Below, piece by piece: positions 43,987 through 55,295 of a stretch of 64,000 nucleotides of DNA. The notes under the pieces were generated by a model. That model was given only the letters and a program-made list of their open reading frames with translations. It did no database searches and was not told the origin of the DNA. The DNA lies in the NCBI RefSeq assembly GCF_058153355.1, contig NZ_CM177019.1; one strand, written 5' to 3'. A program made the translations under genes and the position numbers. Within the stretch, counting starts at the first letter, position 1. Each line of letters starts with the position of its first letter.

Positions 43987-46185
43987 TTATCGTGAGAATC
44001 TTCCCGGCCGTTGTGGCGGTACCTTATCCTGCTGGGGAGGATCAAAGGCTTCCTGTACACTTTTCCGTGGTGGCTCCGCCCCTTCAGTTCCAGGTCCGCC
44101 ATTGTCATAATCTGCCAGCGCTTTCAAAACCGCCGGTCGTAGCGTCGGCACCGGCGTTCCCGGACTACCGCCGCTATTGAGATTGATTTTCGGCCCGACG
44201 ATGTCCACGCCCCCTGAATGGATGACCACAAACGAACCACCCACCTTTAGGGTGATTTTACCGCCACTCTCCAGTACGATTTCATTCCGGACCTTCATTC
44301 CCAGCGCACCGGTAATCTTCCTCGCCAGGTCGCCCTTCACCTCCAGACTGTGCTTTCCCTCCACCAGGCTGATATGGTTCCCCGTCGTCTTATGCTCCTG
44401 CTTCCCTTCCACCGTCACTTTACGGTCGTTTCTGACATACAGGCCGTCATCGTGACTCACGCTCACCGTCCGGTCATTCGTCACCTTCAGCGTCTGGTCA
44501 TTACGTACCGTTATGCGCCGGTCGTTCGCCACCGTGATACTCTGGTCGTGACCCCCTTCTTTTCTGGTGCCGACCTCAACCGTCTGCCCCTTCACCACCC
44601 TTATCTTCTGGTCGTTACCGATGGTCTCCGTATGGTCATGCTTCACGTCCGTCGTCCGGTCGTTAAGCACCTCCGTGTCCATGTTCTTCTGCGCGTGGAT
44701 ATACACCTGCTCACTGTCCGTCGCATCCTCGAAACGCAGTTCATTAAAGCCGCTTCCTTTATAGGTCTTCGAGCGGATGGTCATCTGCGTCCGCGTGCCC
44801 GGTAAATCCCCCGGTGAACGGTTATCTTCATGGTAGGTCCGCCCCGTCACAATGGGCTGGTCCGGGTCGCCGTTCAGAAAGTCCACTATCACTTCCTGAC
44901 CCACACGCGGTATCGCCAGATTGCCGAACCCCGGTCCCGCCCATGCCTGCGACACCCGTATCCAGCACGAACTCTCCTCCGTCATCCCGTGATAACGGTC
45001 CCAGTGAAACTTCACCCGTACCCGGCCATGCTCGTCGCAGAATATCTCCTCACCCTTCGGCCCGGTCACGATGGCACTCTGCGGGCCGTCCACCTTCGGC
45101 TTCGGCAGCGGCGCGTGACGCCACGTCCTGTCTGCCGGTATCACCTCAAACTGATTGCTCAGTGTCGTCCCTTCACCGTGACTCCCGTGCAGCGCCTGCG
45201 GCTGTTCTCCCCGCAGTGTGCTTCCCACAACCTGCCATTCCCGGTTCAGCGTCTCTGAGGGATGGCCCGTCAGCCGGAACCGCGTTCCCGGCCACAGCCG
45301 CGCCGTGTTACACACCCCGCTCGCCGTCTCCGCCCCGTTCCGCCACCCTTCCGTCTGGTAACGCGCAAAATCCTGGCCATGCTGCTCATCCTTGAAACGC
45401 CCCGGATAATCAAATATCTCGTACTGCGTTCCCTGCCCGTTCAGGCTCTCCCCGTCATGGCTGTAGTACCCCGGCCACCCCGGCGTTTTGAACGTATAAT
45501 CCTGCGTCTCCACCGACGCCACGCTTATCTGCGCACGGTAACGAAACTCACTGATGTACTCCGTCGTTCCCCCGGTCGTGGTATTCGGGTTAAACGCCAG
45601 CGCCCCCATTCCCGTCAGCCCCGCCACGTCATCACACACCGCCAGCTTCTGCTCCGGCCCTTCCTGACCGCAGCGCTCATAAAAGAAGATACCTTCCTCC
45701 GCCCACAGCCGGGTCAGGAATGCCAGGTCGCTCTCCCCGTACTGCACGCAGAACTCCCGCGCCGGGTGCGCCTCATAGAACAGCGGCATCCACGCCGTCA
45801 CCCCGTTCTCTCTCAGAAGCTGTGCTGATATCGTCTGAATGTCCTGCTGCTGGAAGATACGGAAGTTCTGCCGTAACCCTGCCCGCCACAGCGGCGGGCT
45901 GATGCTCAGGGAATAACGCATCTGCCAGTCGTTGTTCTCACCGAGCTGCACCTCCGTCACGATACCGCTGACGTAACGCTGCGGGATATCACCCTGCCAG
46001 ACCGTCAGCACCGCGCTCTTCTCCAGAAAATCCTCCGCCATCAGGTCGGACAGCCCGCTGGCGATATCCACATCCAGGATGAACGACGTGCAGTGGTGCT
46101 GGTACAGACGGAAGCTCACCACCGCCGTCGCCATCTCCACGATACCGTCCACCGACAGCGTGAAACGTAATCCTTCTGAGGACAT
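43987..46185 (-). CDS. vgrG: Type VI secretion system spike protein VgrG
   Basis: N-terminus MSSEGLRFTLSVDGI and gp27/gp5-like VgrG sequence (FRLYQ..., ISPPLWRAGLRQNFRIFQ, EGIFFYE). The ORF track offers an upstream ATG at 46218; 46185 is preferred by comparison with typical VgrG N-termini. Confidence 0.9.
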   Translation of the reverse strand: MSSEGLRFTLSVDGIVEMATAVVSFRLYQHHCTSFILDVDIASGLSDLMAEDFLEKSAVLTVWQGDIPQRYVSGIVTEVQLGENNDWQMRYSLSISPPLWRAGLRQNFRIFQQQDIQTISAQLLRENGVTAWMPLFYEAHPAREFCVQYGESDLAFLTRLWAEEGIFFYERCGQEGPEQKLAVCDDVAGLTGMGALAFNPNTTTGGTTEYISEFRYRAQISVASVETQDYTFKTPGWPGYYSHDGESLNGQGTQYEIFDYPGRFKDEQHGQDFARYQTEGWRNGAETASGVCNTARLWPGTRFRLTGHPSETLNREWQVVGSTLRGEQPQALHGSHGEGTTLSNQFEVIPADRTWRHAPLPKPKVDGPQSAIVTGPKGEEIFCDEHGRVRVKFHWDRYHGMTEESSCWIRVSQAWAGPGFGNLAIPRVGQEVIVDFLNGDPDQPIVTGRTYHEDNRSPGDLPGTRTQMTIRSKTYKGSGFNELRFEDATDSEQVYIHAQKNMDTEVLNDRTTDVKHDHTETIGNDQKIRVVKGQTVEVGTRKEGGHDQSITVANDRRITVRNDQTLKVTNDRTVSVSHDDGLYVRNDRKVTVEGKQEHKTTGNHISLVEGKHSLEVKGDLARKITGALGMKVRNEIVLESGGKITLKVGGSFVVIHSGGVDIVGPKINLNSGGSPGTPVPTLRPAVLKALADYDNGGPGTEGAEPPRKSVQEAFDPPQQDKVPPQRPGRFSR

Positions 46186-46360
46186 ATAAACCCCATAGCT
46201 ACCGCACTCATGGTGCAAACCATACGGGCTTATAAGAAAGGCTTAAGTGAGATATCTGCCAGATAGCAACTATTAGGAAAATATTTATATATATTTCATG
46301 AATATATATTTCGGTTGGTATAACGGTGTCTAAATATTCCTCTGAACATCTTCCTGATAC

Positions 46361-46397
46361 AAAAAAACCGCCAGCGTCTCCGCTGGCGGTTTTCTTT
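46361..46397. terminator. Bidirectional intrinsic terminator downstream of ybfA
   Basis: A6-accgccagcg-tctc-cgctggcggt-T4 hairpin flanked by A- and T-runs. Confidence 0.8.
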
Positions 46398-46415
46398 GAA
46401 CGTCATGTTTAGCAA

Positions 46416-46622
46416 TCAGTAAAAATCACCGGTTGCCTTTTCGGCCTGATCCATCCACACCGGTTTATCGCTGGTTTTCGACCAGACGCGATGCAGGTAG
46501 CTGTAAAAGCGGGCGCGGTCTTTCCAGAAAAGCATGAAAGGCAGCGCCAGGACGCCCGCTGCAACCGCATAAGTACGGCGTAAAAAGATAAGCCATGCAG
46601 GATATTCTCTGTAGAGTTCCAT
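46416..46622 (-). CDS. ybfA: DUF2517-family small protein
   Basis: 68-aa [46 protein letters not shown]. Confidence 0.9.
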
Positions 46623-46829
46623 ACTTTTCTCCCCCTTTTGTATCTACCCGGTGAATGGCACCGGAAAAATGAATTTGTTTATCTGATGAAAATAGTACCG
46701 CCTTTTGTGTAATTTTACTACTCATCCGACCACTTATTTTTGCTTATTGATGGTTTATTTACATTCACTCTGTAATTAAGTTACACAAAAGTTAAATTAA
46801 TACTAAACATTAGTTAAATCATGGCTTTT

Positions 46830-46865
46830 GCCATTTTTATACTTTTTTTACACCCCGTCCGCAGA
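46830..46865 (+). promoter_or_regulatory. kdpFABC promoter with KdpE-binding box
   Basis: T-rich direct-repeat sequence ttttatacttttttttacaccccgtcc about 70-100 bp upstream of kdpF, matching the remembered KdpE operator. Confidence 0.7.
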
Positions 46866-46934
46866 TTTTTGCGAAATCTTTGCAGCCAGAATTCTACCCT
46901 TCCGGTATCACTTTTAGGCCACTGGAGGTGCACT

Positions 46935-47024
46935 GTGAGTGCAGGCGTGATAACCGGCGTATTGCTGGTGTTTTTATTACTGGGTTATCTGGTTTATGCC
47001 CTGATCAATGCGGAGGCGTTCTGA
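46935..47024 (+). CDS. kdpF: Potassium-transporting ATPase small subunit KdpF
   Basis: GTG-initiated 29-codon [32 protein letters not shown]; its stop overlaps the kdpA ATG. Confidence 0.9.
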
Positions 47025-48697
47025 TGGCTGCGCAAGGGTTCTTACTGATTGCCACGTTTTTACTGGTATTAATGGTACTGTCGCGTCCTTTAGGCAGCGG
47101 GCTGGCGCGGCTGATTAATGACATACCTCTTCCCGGTACAGCGGGCGTTGAGCGCGTACTTTTTCGTTTACCTGGCGTCTCTGACCGTGAGATGAACTGG
47201 AAGCAGTATCTCTGTGCCATTCTCGGCCTGAACATGCTGGGGCTGGCAGTGCTGTTTTTTATGTTGCTCGGTCAGCACTATCTGCCGCTTAACCCGCAGC
47301 AACTGCCGGGGCTGTCGTGGGATCTGGCGCTGAATACCGCCGTCAGCTTTGTCACGAATACCAACTGGCAATCTTACAGCGGTGAAACCACATTAAGCTA
47401 TTTCAGCCAGATGGTGGGCTTAACGGTACAAAACTTTCTTTCTGCCGCCAGCGGGATTGCGGTGATTTTTGCCCTCATCCGTGCATTTACCCGCCAGAGC
47501 ATGAGCACACTCGGGAATGCCTGGGTCGATCTGCTACGCATCACGTTATGGGTGCTAGTCCCTGTGGCGTTGTTGATCGCACTGTTTTTTATTCAACAAG
47601 GTGCGCTGCAAAACTTTCTGCCCTATCAGGCGGTGAATACCGTTGAAGGAGCGCAACAGCTGTTACCCATGGGGCCTGTAGCTTCTCAGGAAGCGATCAA
47701 GATGCTCGGTACTAACGGCGGTGGCTTCTTTAATGCCAACTCGTCGCATCCGTTTGAAAACCCAACCGCACTGACCAACTTCGTGCAGATGCTGGCGATT
47801 TTCTTGATCCCAACAGCGCTGTGCTTTGCCTTTGGTGAAGTGGCAGGCGATCGCCGCCAGGGGCGCATGTTGCTGTGGGCGATGTCAGTGATTTTTGTCA
47901 TCTGCGTAGGCGTGGTGATGTGGGCAGAAGTTCAGGGTAATCCTCATCTGCTGGCGCTGGGTGCGGACAGCAGCATCAATATGGAAGGTAAAGAGAGCCG
48001 TTTCGGCGTGCTGGTCAGTAGCCTGTTTGCGGTCGTGACTACAGCGGCTTCCTGTGGCGCGGTGATTGCGATGCATGATTCGTTTACCGCTCTCGGCGGC
48101 ATGGTGCCGATGTGGCTGATGCAAATTGGTGAAGTGGTGTTCGGCGGTGTCGGTTCTGGTCTTTACGGCATGATGCTGTTTGTCCTGCTGGCGGTGTTTA
48201 TTGCTGGGCTGATGATTGGTCGTACGCCGGAATATCTGGGTAAAAAAATCGACGTACGCGAGATGAAACTGACCGCACTGGCGATTCTGGTCACTCCAAC
48301 GCTGGTACTGATGGGCGCAGCACTGGCGATGATGACCGACGCCGGACGTAGCGCCATGCTCAACCCTGGCCCGCATGGTTTTAGCGAAGTGCTGTACGCC
48401 GTGTCATCCGCCGCTAACAACAACGGCAGCGCCTTTGCCGGATTAAGCGCCAACTCTCCGTTCTGGAACTGTTTACTGGCGTTCTGCATGTTTGTCGGTC
48501 GCTTCGGGGTGATTATCCCGGTAATGGCAATTGCCGGTTCGCTGGTGAGTAAAAAGAGCCAACCCGCCAGCTCCGGCACGCTGCCAACGCACGGCCCGCT
48601 GTTTGTTGGCCTGTTAATCGGCACCGTGTTGCTGGTTGGCGCACTGACCTTTATCCCTGCCCTGGCGCTTGGTCCGGTGGCGGAATATCTCTCCTGA
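47024..48697 (+). CDS. kdpA: Potassium-transporting ATPase K+-binding subunit A
   Basis: Start placed at [16 protein letters not shown], giving 557 aa. Confidence 0.97.
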   Translation: MAAQGFLLIATFLLVLMVLSRPLGSGLARLINDIPLPGTAGVERVLFRLPGVSDREMNWKQYLCAILGLNMLGLAVLFFMLLGQHYLPLNPQQLPGLSWDLALNTAVSFVTNTNWQSYSGETTLSYFSQMVGLTVQNFLSAASGIAVIFALIRAFTRQSMSTLGNAWVDLLRITLWVLVPVALLIALFFIQQGALQNFLPYQAVNTVEGAQQLLPMGPVASQEAIKMLGTNGGGFFNANSSHPFENPTALTNFVQMLAIFLIPTALCFAFGEVAGDRRQGRMLLWAMSVIFVICVGVVMWAEVQGNPHLLALGADSSINMEGKESRFGVLVSSLFAVVTTAASCGAVIAMHDSFTALGGMVPMWLMQIGEVVFGGVGSGLYGMMLFVLLAVFIAGLMIGRTPEYLGKKIDVREMKLTALAILVTPTLVLMGAALAMMTDAGRSAMLNPGPHGFSEVLYAVSSAANNNGSAFAGLSANSPFWNCLLAFCMFVGRFGVIIPVMAIAGSLVSKKSQPASSGTLPTHGPLFVGLLIGTVLLVGALTFIPALALGPVAEYLS

Positions 48698-48719
48698 TGA
48701 TATTGAGTGAGCACTGAAT

Positions 48720-50768
48720 ATGAGTCGTAAACAACTGGCGCTATTCGAACCAACACTTGTCGTTCAGGCGCTGAAAGAAGCGGTGAAAAAATTAAACCCG
48801 CAGGCGCAATGGCGCAATCCGGTGATGTTTATCGTCTGGATCGGCAGTCTGCTGACCACCTGTATTAGCATCGCGATGGCAAGCGGCGTGATGCCTGGCA
48901 ATGCGCTGTTTAGCGCGGCAATTAGCGGCTGGCTGTGGGTCACCGTACTGTTCGCTAATTTCGCCGAGGCGCTGGCAGAAGGCCGCAGTAAAGCGCAGGC
49001 CAACAGTCTGAAAGGGGTGAAAAAAACTGCCTTTGCCCGCAAGCTGCGTGAGCCGAAATATGGCGCTGTGGCAGACAAAGTTCCTGCCGATCAACTGCGT
49101 AAAGGCGATATCGTACTAGTAGAAGCTGGCGATATTATCCCCTGCGATGGTGAAGTCATTGAAGGGGGTGCATCGGTCGATGAAAGCGCCATCACTGGGG
49201 AATCGGCACCGGTGATCCGTGAATCCGGTGGCGATTTTGCCTCCGTCACTGGCGGCACGCGTATTCTTTCTGACTGGCTGGTGATTGAGTGCAGCGTTAA
49301 CCCCGGTGAGACATTTCTGGATCGGATGATCGCGATGGTGGAAGGCGCGCAGCGACGTAAAACGCCGAACGAGATTGCCCTGACCATTCTGCTGATTGCC
49401 CTGACTATCGTCTTTTTACTGGCAACCGCCACGCTGTGGCCGTTTTCCGCGTGGGGCGGTAATGCAGTCAGCGTAACGGTACTGGTGGCGCTGTTGGTCT
49501 GTCTGATCCCAACCACTATTGGCGGCCTGTTGTCAGCGATCGGCGTCGCCGGAATGAGTCGGATGCTGGGCGCGAATGTGATTGCCACCAGCGGACGTGC
49601 AGTTGAAGCGGCGGGCGACGTGGACGTCCTGCTGCTGGATAAAACCGGCACCATCACACTCGGTAACCGTCAGGCATCAGAGTTTATCCCTGCGCAGGGC
49701 GTAGAGGAAAAAACGCTGGCCGACGCAGCACAACTGGCTTCGCTGGCCGACGAAACGCCGGAAGGCCGCAGTATTGTGATCCTCGCCAAGCAGCGTTTTA
49801 ACCTGCGCGAGCGCGATGTGCAGTCGCTTCACGCCACTTTTGTACCGTTTACTGCGCAAAGTCGAATGAGCGGGATCAATATCGACAACCGTATGATCCG
49901 TAAAGGTTCTGTCGATGCCATTCGCCGCCATATTGAAGCTAACGGTGGTCACTTCCCTGCCGATGTCGATCAAAAAGTCGATCAGGTTGCGCGTCAGGGG
50001 GCCACGCCTCTGGTAGTGGTGGAAGGTTCCCGCGTGCTGGGCGTTATTGGGCTGAAAGATATCGTCAAAGGCGGCATTAAAGAGCGCTTCGCCCAACTGC
50101 GCAAAATGGGCATTAAAACGGTGATGATTACCGGTGATAACCGTCTGACTGCCGCCGCGATAGCTGCGGAAGCGGGTGTCGATGATTTTCTCGCCGAAGC
50201 GACACCGGAGGCCAAGCTGGCATTGATTCGTCAGTATCAGGCGGAAGGCCGTTTGGTGGCGATGACCGGCGACGGCACCAACGATGCTCCGGCGCTGGCG
50301 CAGGCAGATGTCGCGGTAGCGATGAACTCCGGCACTCAGGCGGCGAAAGAAGCGGGCAATATGGTGGATCTCGACTCTAACCCGACCAAGTTGATCGAGG
50401 TGGTGCATATTGGCAAACAGATGCTGATGACCCGTGGCTCGCTCACTACCTTCAGCATCGCCAACGATGTGGCGAAATACTTCGCCATTATTCCGGCGGC
50501 GTTCGCGGCAACGTATCCGCAGTTAAATGCGCTGAACATCATGCGCCTGCATTCGCCCGACTCCGCCATTCTCAGTGCGGTCATTTTCAACGCCTTGATT
50601 ATCGTCTTTTTGATTCCCCTGGCGTTAAAAGGCGTGAGTTATAAACCGCTTACCGCTTCTGCCATGTTGCGCCGTAACTTATGGATTTACGGTCTGGGTG
50701 GGCTGCTGGTGCCGTTTATTGGTATCAAAGTCATTGATTTACTGCTGACCGTTTGCGGTCTGGTGTGA
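48720..50768 (+). CDS. kdpB: Potassium-transporting P-type ATPase catalytic subunit B
   Basis: 682-aa ORF with P-type ATPase motifs DKTGT and [10 protein letters not shown]. Confidence 0.98.
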   Translation: MSRKQLALFEPTLVVQALKEAVKKLNPQAQWRNPVMFIVWIGSLLTTCISIAMASGVMPGNALFSAAISGWLWVTVLFANFAEALAEGRSKAQANSLKGVKKTAFARKLREPKYGAVADKVPADQLRKGDIVLVEAGDIIPCDGEVIEGGASVDESAITGESAPVIRESGGDFASVTGGTRILSDWLVIECSVNPGETFLDRMIAMVEGAQRRKTPNEIALTILLIALTIVFLLATATLWPFSAWGGNAVSVTVLVALLVCLIPTTIGGLLSAIGVAGMSRMLGANVIATSGRAVEAAGDVDVLLLDKTGTITLGNRQASEFIPAQGVEEKTLADAAQLASLADETPEGRSIVILAKQRFNLRERDVQSLHATFVPFTAQSRMSGINIDNRMIRKGSVDAIRRHIEANGGHFPADVDQKVDQVARQGATPLVVVEGSRVLGVIGLKDIVKGGIKERFAQLRKMGIKTVMITGDNRLTAAAIAAEAGVDDFLAEATPEAKLALIRQYQAEGRLVAMTGDGTNDAPALAQADVAVAMNSGTQAAKEAGNMVDLDSNPTKLIEVVHIGKQMLMTRGSLTTFSIANDVAKYFAIIPAAFAATYPQLNALNIMRLHSPDSAILSAVIFNALIIVFLIPLALKGVSYKPLTASAMLRRNLWIYGLGGLLVPFIGIKVIDLLLTVCGLV

Positions 50769-50776
50769 GGTTTACC

Positions 50777-51349
50777 ATGAGTGGATTACGTCCGGCATTA
50801 TCAACATTTCTCTTTTTGTTACTGATTACTGGCGGTGTTTACCCGCTGCTGACCACCGCGCTGGGGCAATGGTGGTTTCCCTGGCAGGCCAATGGTTCGT
50901 TGATTCGCGAAGGTGATACGGTGCGCGGCTCGGCATTAATCGGGCAGAATTTTACCGGCAACGGCTATTTTCATGGTCGCCCGTCGGCAACGGCAGAAAT
51001 GCCCTATAATCCACAGGCTTCTGGCGGGAGCAATCTGGCGGTCAGTAACCCTGAGCTGGATAAACAAATCGCTGCACGCGTTGCCGCATTACGGGCCGCT
51101 AACCCGGACGCCAGCACGAGCGTTCCGGTTGAACTGGTGACGGCGTCAGCAAGCGGGCTGGACAATAACATTACCCCGCAAGCGGCGGCCTGGCAGATTC
51201 CTCGCGTGGCGAAAGCGCGTAATCTCAGCGTTGAACAGCTCACGCAGCTGATCGCAAAATATAGCCAACAACCGCTGGTGAAATATATCGGCCAGCCGGT
51301 CGTCAACATTGTCGAACTCAATCTGGCGCTGGATAAGCTTGATGAATAA
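50777..51349 (+). CDS. kdpC: Potassium-transporting ATPase subunit C
   Basis: Start placed at [27 protein letters not shown], giving 190 aa. Confidence 0.95.
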   Translation: MSGLRPALSTFLFLLLITGGVYPLLTTALGQWWFPWQANGSLIREGDTVRGSALIGQNFTGNGYFHGRPSATAEMPYNPQASGGSNLAVSNPELDKQIAARVAALRAANPDASTSVPVELVTASASGLDNNITPQAAAWQIPRVAKARNLSVEQLTQLIAKYSQQPLVKYIGQPVVNIVELNLALDKLDE

Positions 51350-54026
51350 CGAACCCTTACGTCCCGACCCCGATCGTCTGCTGGAACAAACTGCCGCGCC
51401 GCACCGGGGGAAGCTGAAAGTTTTTTTCGGTGCCTGTGCAGGCGTCGGGAAGACCTGGGCGATGCTGGCAGAAGCCCAACGACTGCGGGCGCAAGGGCTG
51501 GATATTGTGGTTGGCGTGGTTGAAACTCACGGACGGAAAGATACCGCCGCAATGCTGGAAGGGCTGGCTGTTCTGCCGCTAAAACGCCAGGCGTACCGTG
51601 GGCGGCATATCAGCGAGTTTGATCTCGATGCCGCCCTCGCCCGCCGTCCGGCGCTGATCTTAATGGACGAACTGGCGCACAGTAATGCGCCAGGTTCTCG
51701 TCATCCTAAACGCTGGCAGGACATTGAAGAGCTGCTGGAAGCAGGCATTGATGTTTTCACTACCGTCAACGTTCAGCATCTGGAAAGTCTGAATGATGTG
51801 GTCAGTGGCGTCACCGGAATTCAGGTACGGGAAACCGTGCCCGATCCTTTTTTTGATGCTGCCGACGACGTGGTGCTGGTGGACTTGCCCCCGGACGATC
51901 TGCGCCAGCGGCTGAAAGAAGGCAAAGTCTATATTGCCGGGCAGGCGGAGCGCGCCATTGAACACTTTTTCCGCAAAGGCAATCTGATCGCCCTGCGCGA
52001 ACTGGCACTGCGCCGTACTGCCGATCGCGTAGATGAGCAAATGCGCGCCTGGCGGGGGCATCCTGGCAAAGAGAAAGTCTGGCACACGCGCGACGCGATC
52101 CTTTTATGTATTGGGCATAACACCGGCAGCGAAAAACTGGTCCGCGCGGCGGCGCGGTTGGCGTCACGGCTGGGGAGCATCTGGCACGCGGTGTATGTTG
52201 AAACCCCTGCCCTGCACCGCTTACCGGAGAAAAAACGTCGGGCAATTCTCAGCGCCTTACGTCTGGCGCAGGAGCTGGGCGCGGAGACGGCAACACTTTC
52301 TGATCCAGCGGAAGAGAAAGCGGTAGTGCGTTATGCCCGTGAACATAATCTCGGCAAGATTATTCTCGGTCGCCCGGCCTCGCGCCGCTGGTGGCGTCGG
52401 GAAACGTTTGCTGACCGACTGGCGCGAATCGCCCCCGATCTCGATCAGGTGCTGGTCGCGCTTGATGAACCACCCGCCCGCACGATTAACAACGCGCCGG
52501 ATAGCCGCTCTTTTAAAGACAAGTGGCGGGTACAGATTCAGGGATGCGTGGTTGCCGCCGCGTTATGCGCCGTTATCACCTTAATTGCCATGCAGTGGCT
52601 GATGGCGTTTGATGCCGCCAACCTAGTGATGCTGTATCTGCTTGGCGTGGTGGTGGTGGCGCTATTTTATGGACGCTGGCCTTCGGTGCTTGCTACCGTC
52701 ATTAATGTGGTGAGTTTCGATCTCTTTTTTATCGCCCCACGCGGCACGCTCGCCGTCTCTGATGTGCAGTATCTGCTGACTTTCGCGGTGATGTTAACCG
52801 TCGGGCTGGTGATCGGGAATCTTACTGCTGGCGTACGTTATCAGGCGCGGGTAGCCCGTTACCGCGAGCAACGCACACGACACTTATATGAAATGTCGAA
52901 AGCTCTGGCTGTGGGACGCAGTCCGCAGGACATCGCCGCCACCAGCGAACAATTTATTGCTTCCACGTTTCATGCCCGCAGTCAGGTGTTGTTGCCCGAT
53001 GACAACGGCAAATTGCAGCCGTTGACACATCCGCAAGGAATGACGCCGTGGGACGATGCCATCGCGCAATGGAGTTTTGATAAAGGCCTGCCTGCGGGCG
53101 CGGGCACCGACACGTTACCCGGTGTGCCATACCAGATTTTGCCGTTAAAAAGCGGCGAGAAAACCTACGGACTGGTGGTGGTGGAACCGGGGAATCTGCG
53201 CCAGTTGATGATCCCGGAACAGCAACGCCTGCTGGAGACGTTCACGCTGTTAGTTGCCAATGCCCTGGAACGCCTGGCACTGACCGCCAGCGAAGAACAG
53301 GCGCGGATGGCAAGCGAACGAGAACAGATCCGCAACGCCCTGCTGGCGGCGCTTTCGCATGATTTACGCACGCCGCTTACGGTGCTGTTCGGTCAGGCAG
53401 AAATCTTAACGCTCGATCTGGCAAGCGAAGGATCGCCTCACGCCCGCCAGGCCAGCGAGATTCGTCAGCATGTGCTGAACACGACCCGACTGGTGAATAA
53501 TCTACTGGATATGGCGCGAATTCAGTCCGGCGGCTTTAATTTGAAGAAAGAGTGGTTAACGCTGGAAGAAGTGGTCGGCAGCGCGCTGCAAATGCTGGAA
53601 CCGGGTTTATCCTCGCCCATCAACCTTTCTCTGCCAGAACCGCTGACCTTAATCCACGTTGACGGGCCACTCTTTGAACGGGTGCTGATTAATCTGCTGG
53701 AGAACGCGGTGAAATACGCGGGTGCGCAGGCCGAAATTGGTATCGATGCCCACGTTGAGGGCGAAAATCTACAACTGGATGTCTGGGATAACGGCCCCGG
53801 TCTTCCACAAGGCCTGGAGCAGGCGATATTCGATAAGTTTGCTCGTGGAAATAAAGAGTCGGCGGTGCCGGGCGTTGGGCTTGGGCTGGCAATTTGTCGG
53901 GCGATTGTGGATGTACACGACGGCACCATTACCGCGTTCAACCGACCGCAAGGTGGTGCCTGTTTTCGTGTTACACTTCCCCAGCAAACTGCCCCTGAAC
54001 TTGAAGAATTTCATGAGGATATGTGA
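51342..54026 (+). CDS. kdpD: Sensor histidine kinase KdpD
   Basis: Start placed at [14 protein letters not shown], giving 894 aa; histidine-kinase H-box LSHDLRTPL; overlaps kdpC and kdpE. Confidence 0.97.
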   Translation: MNNEPLRPDPDRLLEQTAAPHRGKLKVFFGACAGVGKTWAMLAEAQRLRAQGLDIVVGVVETHGRKDTAAMLEGLAVLPLKRQAYRGRHISEFDLDAALARRPALILMDELAHSNAPGSRHPKRWQDIEELLEAGIDVFTTVNVQHLESLNDVVSGVTGIQVRETVPDPFFDAADDVVLVDLPPDDLRQRLKEGKVYIAGQAERAIEHFFRKGNLIALRELALRRTADRVDEQMRAWRGHPGKEKVWHTRDAILLCIGHNTGSEKLVRAAARLASRLGSIWHAVYVETPALHRLPEKKRRAILSALRLAQELGAETATLSDPAEEKAVVRYAREHNLGKIILGRPASRRWWRRETFADRLARIAPDLDQVLVALDEPPARTINNAPDSRSFKDKWRVQIQGCVVAAALCAVITLIAMQWLMAFDAANLVMLYLLGVVVVALFYGRWPSVLATVINVVSFDLFFIAPRGTLAVSDVQYLLTFAVMLTVGLVIGNLTAGVRYQARVARYREQRTRHLYEMSKALAVGRSPQDIAATSEQFIASTFHARSQVLLPDDNGKLQPLTHPQGMTPWDDAIAQWSFDKGLPAGAGTDTLPGVPYQILPLKSGEKTYGLVVVEPGNLRQLMIPEQQRLLETFTLLVANALERLALTASEEQARMASEREQIRNALLAALSHDLRTPLTVLFGQAEILTLDLASEGSPHARQASEIRQHVLNTTRLVNNLLDMARIQSGGFNLKKEWLTLEEVVGSALQMLEPGLSSPINLSLPEPLTLIHVDGPLFERVLINLLENAVKYAGAQAEIGIDAHVEGENLQLDVWDNGPGLPQGLEQAIFDKFARGNKESAVPGVGLGLAICRAIVDVHDGTITAFNRPQGGACFRVTLPQQTAPELEEFHEDM

Positions 54027-54700
54027 CAAACGTTCTGATTGTTGAAGATGAACAGGCTATTCGTCGCTTTCTGCGCACAGCGCTGGAGGGCGATGGGATG
54101 CGCGTCTTTGAGGCCGAAACGCTGCAACGCGGCTTGCTGGAAGCGGCAACCCGTAAGCCAGATTTGATTATTCTCGATCTCGGCCTGCCAGACGGTGATG
54201 GGATTGAGTTTATCCGCGACCTGCGCCAGTGGAGCGCGGTGCCAGTAATTGTGCTTTCCGCCCGCAGCGAAGAGAGCGACAAAATCGCCGCGCTGGATGC
54301 CGGAGCGGATGATTACCTGAGTAAGCCATTTGGTATTGGCGAATTACAGGCCCGTCTGCGCGTTGCTTTACGCCGCCACTCTGCTACCACCGCGCCCGAT
54401 CCGCTGGTGAAATTTTCTGATGTTACCGTCGATTTAGCCGCCCGCGTAATCCACCGCGGCGAGGAAGAGGTGCACCTCACACCGCTTGAGTTCCGCCTGC
54501 TGGCGGTGCTGCTCAACAACGCCGGAAAAGTGCTCACCCAGCGCCAGCTCCTCAACCAGGTGTGGGGGCCAAATGCGGTCGAACACAGCCACTATTTGCG
54601 TATATATATGGGGCATCTGCGACAAAAACTGGAGCAAGATCCCGCCCGCCCTCGCCATTTTATTACTGAAACCGGTATTGGGTATCGGTTTATGCTTTGA
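54023..54700 (+). CDS. kdpE: Response regulator KdpE (OmpR family)
   Basis: 225-aa ORF starting [17 protein letters not shown], with receiver and winged-helix domains. Confidence 0.97.
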   Translation: MTNVLIVEDEQAIRRFLRTALEGDGMRVFEAETLQRGLLEAATRKPDLIILDLGLPDGDGIEFIRDLRQWSAVPVIVLSARSEESDKIAALDAGADDYLSKPFGIGELQARLRVALRRHSATTAPDPLVKFSDVTVDLAARVIHRGEEEVHLTPLEFRLLAVLLNNAGKVLTQRQLLNQVWGPNAVEHSHYLRIYMGHLRQKLEQDPARPRHFITETGIGYRFML

Positions 54701-54736
54701 ATGTTAATTTTAATATATCCTGTCTTTTATTAATTA

Positions 54737-54766
54737 AAGCCGTAATAATAAATACGGCTTTTTATC
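54737..54766 (+). terminator. kdpE intrinsic terminator
   Basis: Hairpin aagccgta-ataataaa-tacggctt followed by a T-run. Confidence 0.7.
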
Positions 54767-54933
54767 TTAAACAACACACAAAAATAACAATTCAATATTT
54801 TATATTACTGAGTGAAAAACTCATCATTAAATAAATTAAGGTTGATCATTTTTTATTGATCACCTTCACAGTTCAACCGTATTTTCTGGATAGAATACCT
54901 TCACCTTCATTCACATCAGGAAAGGTAAATCAA

Positions 54934-55038
54934 ATGGAAAACAACAGCCGCACTATGCCCCATATAAGGCGGACAACCCATATTATGAAGTTTGCTCATC
55001 GTAATAGCTTCGACTTTCACTTCTTCAATGCCCGTTAG
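54934..55038 (+). CDS. speFL: speF leader / ornithine-sensing ribosome arrest peptide SpeFL
   Basis: 34-codon ORF MENNSRTMPHIRRTTHIMKFAHRNSFDFHFFNAR about 250 bp upstream of speF, preceded by an AGGAAAGG ribosome-binding site. Confidence 0.85.
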   Translation: MENNSRTMPHIRRTTHIMKFAHRNSFDFHFFNAR

Positions 55039-55295
55039 TCTGTCGACTAAGGGCACTTCAGCGTACAGGTCTTCCTGACTCTCTGTATTACAGGCATACG
55101 CCTGTATTCCGCAGTGCTCATTCTCTGTTAACCCTTATATTATCAGCCACCGGACTGGTAAGGGTTTCTGCATTCTGAAAAAAGCAATCTACTGATTTAT
55201 TTATCAGCGGGGTAACTTTGCTTTTTTTCCGGCACGATCGATTTCTCATTCGAGAAATTGAGGACCTGCTATTACCTAAACTAAAGAGATGAAAA

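Noticed and set aside
44177-45828. Several plus-strand ORFs of 90-190 aa inside the vgrG region
   Set aside because: Antisense to the well-supported VgrG reading frame; Pro/Arg-rich translations with no recognisable motifs; shadow ORFs.
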